A stretch of DNA of 64,000 nucleotides. It comes from Calditrichales bacterium (GTDB lineage Bacteria; Calditrichota; Calditrichia; Calditrichales; J004). The notes beneath the pieces were generated by a model, which had not been told where the DNA came from, made no database searches, and saw only the letters and a list, made by a program, of their open reading frames with translations. The position numbers and the translations under genes are program-made. Of the stretch, positions 9,422 through 16,942 are shown piece by piece. The stretch covers positions 1,216,001 through 1,280,000 of the forward strand of contig OZ254086.1 in the NCBI GenBank assembly GCA_965267575.1, in the 5' to 3' direction. The first letter of the stretch is position 1; each line of letters opens with the position of its first letter.

Positions 9422-10183
9422 CTATTTAAGATTATAATATTTATTAATTTCTTGTATTAATCCCACATCAGTATGTACGCCTGGCATTACTTTGGGGTTT
9501 TCATCAGAATTCACCAAAATATACCCAACAGATCTCTCATATTCGCTTGTAAAAATCGGAACTGATTCATGTTCTGGAAGCCACACACTTATAATTTCTG
9601 CAGAAGTATTCACAACTTTTATTTTTTCTTCATCTAAGTATGGTTTTATTTTCTCTGAATAATACATAAAGTCAGAAATCATTTCATTAAAGCCGGATTC
9701 TTCATTTTGGGATTTCGTATCTATCTCTTCTTGAGAAGGTTGATACAAAATTACACAAGGCTCAGAGATAAATTGAACTTTATCATTTTGGTGGATGATT
9801 TTTATATCATCAATTTGAGCATGTATTTTAATATACTTTGTTTGGCTACCTTCGATATAGCTTATATAAATGGAAGTTGACGTTCTGATTAGTTTGGGAG
9901 CATACATTGGTGAGAATCTAAATAATGATTGATTTGGATATTCACCATACTCTGAAACAGCTACAAAGATATTATTGGTAATTTCTCCATTGGAAAAGCC
10001 TGCGCTTCCAGGTTCATTTGAAGTACTACAAATCCTTATTATTAACGAATCATTCCTAATTTCACCAAGAATTTCTATTTCATTAAAAAGTTTTTTTAAA
10101 CTCTCATCACTAATTTTTGAAACTGAAACCTGAGAATAAGAATAAACAATAAATAAACTGAGAATAAAGAATATTTTTTTCAT
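9422..10183 (-). CDS. Cassette-borne secreted hypothetical protein
   Basis: MKKIFFILSLF signal peptide; bounded by GTTATCAGCTA (10201) and TAGCTGCTAAC (9399). Confidence 0.78.
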   Translation of the reverse strand: MKKIFFILSLFIVYSYSQVSVSKISDESLKKLFNEIEILGEIRNDSLIIRICSTSNEPGSAGFSNGEITNNIFVAVSEYGEYPNQSLFRFSPMYAPKLIRTSTSIYISYIEGSQTKYIKIHAQIDDIKIIHQNDKVQFISEPCVILYQPSQEEIDTKSQNEESGFNEMISDFMYYSEKIKPYLDEEKIKVVNTSAEIISVWLPEHESVPIFTSEYERSVGYILVNSDENPKVMPGVHTDVGLIQEINKYYNLK

Positions 10184-10194
10184 AATGTTTTAGC

Positions 10195-10325
10195 TGATAA
10201 CAAGTATTAGACGTACTAAAATCCATGTTATAACATTCCTAATTAGTATTTTTTATATGTGGAAAAAATTCCATATAAAACACCTATAGCGTGGTATAGG
10301 TGGAAAATTTTCCATATAAAAACAC
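10195..10325 (-). other. attI-like site/leader of cassette array 1
   Basis: Minus strand CTAATACTT-GTTATCA core at 10195-10201, preceded by two ~30-bp direct repeats (10254-10283, 10295-10325); no attC-type palindrome and no intI. Confidence 0.55.
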
Positions 10326-10478
10326 GGTTTTAGACACCCTATTTTATTTTGGGATAATATAACCTCAAAGAAGCAGCAAAACAGCTTTTTTTCCACCGTT
10401 TAATACTCTTCTCCCTAAGAGTCAAGATGTTGCGTCTCTACACAAATATCGTCTCCAAGCCTGGCAGGGTGGAGAAAC

Positions 10479-10560
10479 GGGAGTGTATGTAAGGCTGCTA
10501 CAACTTTCATTTCCTGGATTCCTGTTTTCACGGGAATGACATGCCGGAAAGGGACGGGCA
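10479..10560 (-). repeat. Leader segment A (contains a dRS3-like palindrome); inverted copy at 18346-18422
   Basis: TCCGGCATGTCATTCCYGTGAAAACRGGAATCCAGGAAATGAA...CACTCCC shared by both copies. Confidence 0.85.
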
Positions 10561-10638
10561 TTTTTTGTTACTGTGAAATAATAAGAAATGGGAAAGATCC
10601 CGGTGTGGCTCAGCCGCCAACCGGGATGACGCTCCATT

Positions 10639-10700
10639 TCATGAACAAGATTTACCTGAACACGCACTCTAACACCTTAACACCCAAACACTTTAGCACA
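10639..10700 (-). repeat. Leader segment B with 8-bp tandem units; inverted copy at 18165-18233
   Basis: CAAGATTTACCTGAACACG and TTAACACCCAAACAC shared by both copies. Confidence 0.8.
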
Positions 10701-10706
10701 CTCTTT

Positions 10707-11984
10707 CTACACACCCATTGCTTCCACAAGCCACAGGCTCAGGCCAGGCCAGTAGGTGATGATCAGCAGGGCGATCAGCAGAATAACCAGGAAGGGCAGC
10801 GTGGCGCGGTAGAGTTTCAGTACCGGCTGGTCAAAGCGGAAAGAGGCGATAAACAGGTTCATGCCCACGGGCGGCGTGGAGTAGCCGATGCCCAGGTTGG
10901 CCAGGAAGATGATGCCCAGGTGCACCGGGTCGATGCCGTAGTTGGCGGCGATGGGAATGATCAGCGGGGCCACCACCATGATTGCCGAGAAAATATCCAT
11001 CATCGCGCCGACAACCAGCAGGAACAGGTTCAGCACAATCAGGAAAGCGATTTTGGAGGTGATCAGCGTTTTCATGGCGTCGAGGATCTGCATCGGGATC
11101 TGCGCGTCCACCAGGTAATTGGCCAGCCCCAGCGCGGCGCCCAGTATCACCAAAATGCCCCCTACCATGATCATGCTGTCGTTGACCACGCGACGCAGGT
11201 CTTTTTTGATAGAAATATCGCGATAGATGAACACTTCCACGATCAGCACCCAGAAGGCGGTTATAGCCGCGGCTTCGGTGGCGGTAAACCAGCCCAGGTA
11301 AATCCCGGCCAGGATGACAAAGGGCAAAGGGATTTCAAAGGCGGCGTCACGTGTGGAGCTCCACAGCTCCGCCGCGTTGAAAGGCTTGCGTTTAACCGCG
11401 CTGCCACGCACCACCCACATGGCGTAAAGCGCCAATAGCAGCACCATCAGCGTGCCCGGCAGAATACCGGCCATAAAAAGCTTGTCGATGCTGGTTTCCG
11501 CCACCAGGCCGTACAAAATGATCGGCAGGCTGGGCGGGAAAAGCAGACCAAGATTGCCGGAAGCGGTCAGCATGCCCAGGCTGAATTTCTCGGAGTAGTT
11601 CTCCTCCATCAGGGCAGGCAAAAGCAGACCACCCAATGCCACGATCGTAACACCGGAGGCCCCGGTGAAGGCGGTAAACACGGCGCATGAAACCAGCGCC
11701 ACGATGGCCAGGCTGGCCGGCATCCAGCCGAACAGCGCCCGTGAAAAATTGACCAGCCGTTGCGGCGTGCGGCTTTCCGCCAGCAGGTAGCCCGCAAAGG
11801 TAAACAGCGGGATGGCCAGCAAAACCGGCTGACTCGCCAAACGGTACAATTCAATGATCAGCGCGCTGGAATCGATCTCAGCGGCGTGAAAGGCCAGCAG
11901 GGCAATCGCCGAAATGATGACGAAAAGGGGTGTGCCAAACAGGGTCAGAACCAGCAGCAGCAATCCAATCAGGAGGACAGTCAT
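10707..11984 (-). CDS. dctM: TRAP transporter large permease
   Basis: LLAIPLF..AG, GLLFPPS, GIDPVHLGII, TPPVGMNLF. Confidence 0.93.
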   Translation of the reverse strand: MTVLLIGLLLLVLTLFGTPLFVIISAIALLAFHAAEIDSSALIIELYRLASQPVLLAIPLFTFAGYLLAESRTPQRLVNFSRALFGWMPASLAIVALVSCAVFTAFTGASGVTIVALGGLLLPALMEENYSEKFSLGMLTASGNLGLLFPPSLPIILYGLVAETSIDKLFMAGILPGTLMVLLLALYAMWVVRGSAVKRKPFNAAELWSSTRDAAFEIPLPFVILAGIYLGWFTATEAAAITAFWVLIVEVFIYRDISIKKDLRRVVNDSMIMVGGILVILGAALGLANYLVDAQIPMQILDAMKTLITSKIAFLIVLNLFLLVVGAMMDIFSAIMVVAPLIIPIAANYGIDPVHLGIIFLANLGIGYSTPPVGMNLFIASFRFDQPVLKLYRATLPFLVILLIALLIITYWPGLSLWLVEAMGV

Positions 11985-12478
11985 GATGCTTCCTCCCGCG
12001 GCTTAAGCGCCACTGCATTGTAAAGTGCCAGCAAGAGAAAGCGTACCCCCATCAGCGCGAATCCTATCGGGATGATCACCTGGAAATACCACGAGGGGAT
12101 ATCGTCGAACAGCGTGCCGCCATACATGCGTTCGTCCATTACAAATGTATATGACGCGTCTGCCAAAAAATAACAGACCACCACGGAAGCAATCTGCGTA
12201 ACAATTTTTGCCACGACCTGCGCGCGGCCTTTAAGCAGCCTGCCAAACACGTCGATGTTGATGTGCTTTTCATCGCGGGTGGCCAGCGAGGCGCCGACAA
12301 AACCAACCCACAGTACCAGGTGCCGCAGAAAAGCGTCGCCCCATAAAAAGCTTTGATCGAACAGGTTGCGCAGCAGCACCTGGGCAAAAGCCAGCAGCAC
12401 CATCACAAGCACTACCAGCACTAAAAACCACGATTCGACGCGCGCGAAGGCGCCGTTTATTTTTTCCAGTATGTTCAT
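11981..12478 (-). CDS. dctQ: TRAP transporter small permease
   Basis: Four transmembrane segments, GASLA...HINID motif, overlaps dctM. Confidence 0.9.
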   Translation of the reverse strand: MNILEKINGAFARVESWFLVLVVLVMVLLAFAQVLLRNLFDQSFLWGDAFLRHLVLWVGFVGASLATRDEKHINIDVFGRLLKGRAQVVAKIVTQIASVVVCYFLADASYTFVMDERMYGGTLFDDIPSWYFQVIIPIGFALMGVRFLLLALYNAVALKPREEAS

Positions 12479-12492
12479 AAGTCGCCGTTTTT

Positions 12493-13887
12493 TTGGCCAT
12501 CAACATAGCGGATTTAAAAATATGCTTCAAGCGTTTTCGCCGTTTCATCATTGCCCGGCGATGCGTATTTTGGCGCATGATGCGATTTCTCCTGGCACAC
12601 ACGGCACGTTACTTCCGCTCCTACCGTTTTAGCGGTCTGCTGGAGCTCTTTTTCCTGCTGCTGATCGTCTGGGCTTTTGGCGCCACGCGGCTGGCTTCTT
12701 TCACCGAGCGTTGGCTGGCCGAAGGCACCTCCGCGGGTCTGCTTTTTCTCAGCGCGCACATCTTCTGGCTGGCCGCGCAATGGACGCTTGTTTTCATCGT
12801 GGCCTTTTTGCTGCCGCGTCTGCCACAGGTAAAAGCCCTGCAGGGATTGCCTCTCAGCAACCGCCGTCTGCTCGGTTTACTGGCTGTTTTTTGCGCGCGC
12901 TACATGCTGGCCTTTGCCGCCCTATGGCTGATCGTTGTCTGGGCGCTGGCGGAAAGCGAGGCCTGGGTTGCGGCTTTGGGCGGGCTGCTGATGATGCCGG
13001 CGGGCCTGCTGTTCTCCATTGTTTTTATTCTTTTTGGGCGATTGCTTTTTGGGCAACGGCAACATTTCCTGTTTTTTACCCCGGCCCTGCTGCTGGCGGC
13101 GCACATACCCTTTACGCTTTTTTACTATTCCGGTTCAACGTTTGCCGCGGCCGATGCTGTTGTCGCGCTGCTTCTCGCCGGGTGGATGCTTTTTATGTTG
13201 CCCCGTCTGCCACAGCGTCACGCGGAAGATCTTTTCCCGGCTCCGGCGAACAGGCGCTCCGGTTTTTCCAGGCTTGCGCTGCCGCGATTGTTTGGCCGGC
13301 GCGTCCGGGCTCTCTGGCAGAAGGAGGTTTTATCGTTGTGGCGCAACCCGCGCTACCGGCGCCTAAAGCTGCTGCACCTGCTGTTGTTGTTAGCCGCCAA
13401 CAGCTGGGCCTTCACCCTACCCGCGGAGACACAGGTTTTTGCTCTCACGCTGATTGCCGCGACCTGGCTGTGGCTGCATTACAGTCACGGCTTTAACGAA
13501 AAATACGCCCACGCCGACGATGATATATTTTTGCTGACGCTGCCCTTGCGCCTGCGTCACCTGCTGGCCGCCAAATACCTGGCCGAGCTGCCGGCCTTGC
13601 TGCTGCTGTTTGCCGTCCAGGGCGCTTTTATGGTGCTGGCCTCGGGGAGCACCGTGGCGCTGCAGGCGCTGATCGTGTTATTCATTTTTGCCCATTTCGT
13701 ATTGCTGATCATGCTCAATTTCCGCATCCTCTTTCACAACGATCCGCGCAGCGCCGGCTACCTGTACCATTTTGTGGTGCTGTTTATCGGGCTGATGAGT
13801 TACAATTACCGGCTGGTGGGACCGCTCGTGGCACTGGGACTATTGATTTACTACTTTGACAAAAACAGGCGTTACCTGAACCACTGA
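12493..13887 (+). CDS. Putative ABC exporter permease (start uncertain; ATG at 12577 is an alternative)
   Basis: Multi-transmembrane protein, ALWQKE...WRNP and LLTLP...LLAAK motifs, coupled to an ABC ATPase. Confidence 0.7.
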   Translation: MAINIADLKICFKRFRRFIIARRCVFWRMMRFLLAHTARYFRSYRFSGLLELFFLLLIVWAFGATRLASFTERWLAEGTSAGLLFLSAHIFWLAAQWTLVFIVAFLLPRLPQVKALQGLPLSNRRLLGLLAVFCARYMLAFAALWLIVVWALAESEAWVAALGGLLMMPAGLLFSIVFILFGRLLFGQRQHFLFFTPALLLAAHIPFTLFYYSGSTFAAADAVVALLLAGWMLFMLPRLPQRHAEDLFPAPANRRSGFSRLALPRLFGRRVRALWQKEVLSLWRNPRYRRLKLLHLLLLLAANSWAFTLPAETQVFALTLIAATWLWLHYSHGFNEKYAHADDDIFLLTLPLRLRHLLAAKYLAELPALLLLFAVQGAFMVLASGSTVALQALIVLFIFAHFVLLIMLNFRILFHNDPRSAGYLYHFVVLFIGLMSYNYRLVGPLVALGLLIYYFDKNRRYLNH

Positions 13888-14510
13888 TGCACACACTTAA
13901 AACAGATAACCTGCAGCTTTATTACGAAGATATTCCCGCGCTTAAAGGCGTCACCTTGGAATTGTCCTCCGGGCAAATCTACGGTTTGCAGGGCCCCAAC
14001 GGCGCCGGCAAAAGTACTCTGCTGAAAATCGCTGCCGGCATCATCACCGCCTACCGCGGTTCCATTTCTCTGGATGGATACGAAGTACGCGGGGAACGTT
14101 TTTGGATCAAGAAAAACAGCTGCTACTGCGCGGAGCAGGCCAGTCTGATGCCCTACCTGAGCGGTCGCGAATACCTCACCATGATCGCCGATATTTACGA
14201 CGCGGACAAAAATGTAATCAACACATACTTAGAATTGTGCAACCTGGAGCATGAGGCCGATACGCTGGTGGAAGACTACAGCCATGGCATGCGTCAAAAA
14301 CTGGCCCTGGCCGGCGCTTTCCTGCCGCAGCCGCCGTTCCTTTTCCTGGATGAAGCGCTGAACGGGCTGGATCAGGTCACAACCGAAAAAGTACTCAGTT
14401 ATCTCGCGGGCTTAGAACAGACTTTGGTCGTTTTTGCGTCACACCAGGCAGAGCTTCTGCAGCGCACTTGTACAACCGTTCTGCGTATTGAAGACGGAAA
14501 AATTGTCTGA
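13887..14510 (+). CDS. ABC transporter ATP-binding protein
   Basis: Walker A GPNGAGKST, signature YSHGMRQK, Walker B LFLDE. Confidence 0.93.
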   Translation: MHTLKTDNLQLYYEDIPALKGVTLELSSGQIYGLQGPNGAGKSTLLKIAAGIITAYRGSISLDGYEVRGERFWIKKNSCYCAEQASLMPYLSGREYLTMIADIYDADKNVINTYLELCNLEHEADTLVEDYSHGMRQKLALAGAFLPQPPFLFLDEALNGLDQVTTEKVLSYLAGLEQTLVVFASHQAELLQRTCTTVLRIEDGKIV

Positions 14511-14547
14511 GAACGCCCTATCGTCAAAGGAAATAATACTTTAGCTA

Positions 14548-14610
14548 TTGCATCTACAGGTAAACGGATGTATACTTGGTGTACTATTGTATATTAAACC
14601 GGGAGTACAC
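14548..14610 (+). promoter_or_regulatory. lexA promoter with tandem candidate LexA boxes
   Basis: TTGCAT-N17-TATACT (14548-14576); GTAAAC-N4-GTATAC (14560-14575), GTGTAC-N4-GTATAT (14579-14594), half-site GTACAC (14605-14610). Confidence 0.75.
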
Positions 14611-14611
14611 C

Positions 14612-15232
14612 ATGAGCAAGGGTCTCACCCGCCGTCAGCAGGAAATAATGGAGATCATCACCGATCACATCAAACGTAAGGGATACGCGCCCACCTACCA
14701 GGAGTTGGCTGACCGGCTCAACATCAAATCCAAATACGCCATTTTAAAGCACATCGATAGTCTTGTTTCCAAGGGCTATCTGGAGAAGGACTCTTCGGCG
14801 CGGGCGTTGCGCGTGGTGCATCCGGATTTTATGCCGGCCAATAATAACGAATACGAGCTGCCGCTGATCGGTCGCGTGGCGGCCGGTTATCCCATCCTGG
14901 CCCAGGAAAACGTGGAACGCTATGTCTCCATCCCGCGGGCGATGGTTAAAGCCGAGGGCCGCTACTTCGCCCTGAAGGTGCGTGGCGATTCGATGATCAA
15001 CGCCGGTATTTTTGAAGATGACATCGTTGTGGTGCTGGCTGCGCAGAGTGCTTACAACCGCGACATCGTTGTGGCCCTGGTGGATGACGAAGTGACGGTA
15101 AAGCGCCTCATCCGCGATGGTGGCCAAACCTACCTGAAAGCCGAAAACCCGGATTACGAGGACATCTACCCGCAAGGCCAATGGTCCATCCAGGGCAAGG
15201 TGGTTGGATTGATCCGTGAAATGGCAAATTAG
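14612..15232 (+). CDS. lexA: SOS repressor LexA
   Basis: LTRRQQEI...GYAPT winged HTH, VAAGYP cleavage site, GDSM (Ser) and TVKR (Lys). Confidence 0.96.
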   Translation: MSKGLTRRQQEIMEIITDHIKRKGYAPTYQELADRLNIKSKYAILKHIDSLVSKGYLEKDSSARALRVVHPDFMPANNNEYELPLIGRVAAGYPILAQENVERYVSIPRAMVKAEGRYFALKVRGDSMINAGIFEDDIVVVLAAQSAYNRDIVVALVDDEVTVKRLIRDGGQTYLKAENPDYEDIYPQGQWSIQGKVVGLIREMAN

Positions 15233-15244
15233 AAGAGTGGCGGG

Positions 15245-15360
15245 TTGAATTATTGAATAGATGAATTGATGGATTAGAGAATCTTCAAAAATTGAAGCAC
15301 GTTCTTTTCAAAAATTCAAATATTCAACCATTCACTAATTCAGTATTTCATACATTCACT
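15245..15360. repeat. Inverted arrays of degenerate 8-bp tandem repeats
   Basis: TTGAATTA/TTGAATAG/ATGAATTG units facing ATTCAAAT/ATTCAACC/ATTCACTA/ATTCAGTA units. Confidence 0.65.
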
Positions 15361-15363
15361 TCT

Positions 15364-15753
15364 ATGGAACTCTACAACATTCCTCTTTTTGGCGAGGTGC
15401 ACATTGAGCACGACGGACCCTGGCAGGGCGATTACGACCTGGGCGAGCTCATCCGCAATGTGCGTGCCCGCGAAGCCGAAACCATCACCGTGCGTGCCGC
15501 CGATGACGGCCTGATCAGCGACGGTATTTACCCCAACGATTTTCTCACCGTGGACATGAAGCGCAAACCACACGATGGCGATATTGCAGTGGTGCGCCTG
15601 GGTCACCGTGTGTATGCACGTAAGATTTTTTTTGAGAAGAAATTTGTCCGCCTGGAAACCAGCGGCGACAACCCCGCCCCCCTGATCATAGAACCCAAGA
15701 CCCCGGGATTTGAATTAGTCGGCCGTGTGGTGACGGTGATACGGGAATTGTAG
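15364..15753 (+). CDS. LexA C-terminal/UmuD-like S24 domain protein lacking catalytic residues
   Basis: Aligns ungapped with the adjacent LexA CTD core: GDSM>DDGL, TVKR>YARK, VAAG>VHIE; ends FELVGRVVTVIREL; no DNA-binding domain. Confidence 0.8.
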   Translation: MELYNIPLFGEVHIEHDGPWQGDYDLGELIRNVRAREAETITVRAADDGLISDGIYPNDFLTVDMKRKPHDGDIAVVRLGHRVYARKIFFEKKFVRLETSGDNPAPLIIEPKTPGFELVGRVVTVIREL

Positions 15754-15758
15754 GAGAA

Positions 15759-16157
15759 CTATTTTAATAGTTTAAAGTCTTTTGATTTGGCCGCCGTTTT
15801 ATCCAGGGTAACCGTATAATCACAGCCCTCACGTTTGTTGTAAACGGCGATCAAATAGTCAGAAAAATCTGCCTGGCCCTGCGCAAATAACAGAGCCGCT
15901 TGTCGAGCATCCGTTGCCTTCTCAACTTTTAACTCTTTCGAATCCAAAAGGGTATTTAGTACTTCAACAATAAGCTCTTTAGGATATTTATACGCGCGTT
16001 TTAAAACCCAAACTAATTCACATAAGACGACAGTATTAATAAAGCCCGGACTTTCGATAGTGCAATTATTCTCAATAAATTCGCTTGCTAAAGCCGCTTG
16101 ACCTGGATCATCTTGTACGACATAGCGGACGATTACATTGCTGTCAAGGCCCTTCAT
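15759..16157 (-). CDS. vapC: PIN-domain toxin
   Basis: LDSNVIVRY, VVLCELVWVL, ADFSDYLI, TLDK. Confidence 0.9.
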   Translation of the reverse strand: MKGLDSNVIVRYVVQDDPGQAALASEFIENNCTIESPGFINTVVLCELVWVLKRAYKYPKELIVEVLNTLLDSKELKVEKATDARQAALLFAQGQADFSDYLIAVYNKREGCDYTVTLDKTAAKSKDFKLLK

Positions 16158-16386
16158 TATTCTCTCCGCCTTCAATTGCAGCTTGCATTTCTTCTAAACT
16201 CACCACATAGTCCGGCTTTGGAAGTATCCCTTTTAATTTCTTAACAGAGGTCTTTACCGGCGCCAGATATATTCGACCAGAATCATCTAAAACGAAATCT
16301 ATTTTATCCCCAGTATTTAGATTCAGTTTTTTTCTGATCTTGCCCGGGAGTGTAATTTGACCTTTGCTCGTAAGCGTAGATGTCAT
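16144..16386 (-). CDS. AbrB/MazE/SpoVT-family antitoxin
   Basis: STLTSKGQITLP..IRKKLNL..GD motif; overlaps vapC. Confidence 0.9.
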   Translation of the reverse strand: MTSTLTSKGQITLPGKIRKKLNLNTGDKIDFVLDDSGRIYLAPVKTSVKKLKGILPKPDYVVSLEEMQAAIEGGENNEGP

Positions 16387-16406
16387 TTCAAAAACCCTCA
16401 TCATTT

Positions 16407-16423
16407 CCTTACTAAAGGTAAGG
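16407..16423. promoter_or_regulatory. Probable antitoxin operator palindrome
   Basis: CCTTAC-TAAAG-GTAAGG just upstream of the antitoxin start. Confidence 0.5.
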
Positions 16424-16624
16424 GAATTTCCTTGAAATGTAAAATTTGTTTAGGACGAAAAAATCTATTTTCGTTGAGAAGCATTTTTGCGCCATTTAGC
16501 GCCGGCTGTCATCTCAAATCCCCGGTTAGGGGTGAGAGATCAAGGAGCTACCGATGCAGCCCGAACTCCTCGCGTCCCAAAAATCCGTCCATTCCCCATT
16601 CCCAATTTTTTAATTCCCGCAACG

Positions 16625-16672
16625 TTGCCCCGCGCCCGGCTTCTCCTTATATTTTGGTGTACATAAGTACAC
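16625..16672 (+). promoter_or_regulatory. Promoter and candidate LexA box of the Y-polymerase operon
   Basis: TTGCCC-N17-TATATT (16625-16653) followed by perfect GTGTAC-ATAA-GTACAC (16657-16672). Confidence 0.78.
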
Positions 16673-16685
16673 TACAAGGATGAGC

Positions 16686-16940
16686 ATGAAATTTGAAGAC
16701 ATCTTCGAGCCGATCGAAGTGATCACCCATTTCAAGGATGGCAAACTGCGGCCCCTGCGCTTTAAGTGGAACGGCCGGGTTTACAAAGTGCGCCAGTGGA
16801 ACGGCAACTGGATCAACCACCAGGGCTATACCAAGCAGTACCACTTTTCCGTGCGCGCCGACAGCTCCGACTATATCGAGCTGCTGTTTGACGACTCCAC
16901 CCTGCAATGGCAGATCGCCCGTGTCTGCCTGGAAGGATAG
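16686..16940 (+). CDS. Small DUF6504/ImuB C-terminal-like protein
   Basis: PLRFKWNGRVYKV...W....Y.FSV......ELLFD.....WQI pattern; AAGGA RBS; ends 2 nt before the polymerase ATG. Confidence 0.7.
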   Translation: MKFEDIFEPIEVITHFKDGKLRPLRFKWNGRVYKVRQWNGNWINHQGYTKQYHFSVRADSSDYIELLFDDSTLQWQIARVCLEG

Positions 16941-16942
16941 CC

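Noticed and set aside
10254-10325. CRISPR array
   Set aside because: Only two repeats with an 11-bp gap and no cas genes; the attC repeats are separated by whole genes
10326-10700. Integron integrase upstream of array 1 (and at 18160-18640 for array 2)
   Set aside because: No ORF with tyrosine-recombinase R-H-R-Y motifs; the short ORFs here are translations of repeats
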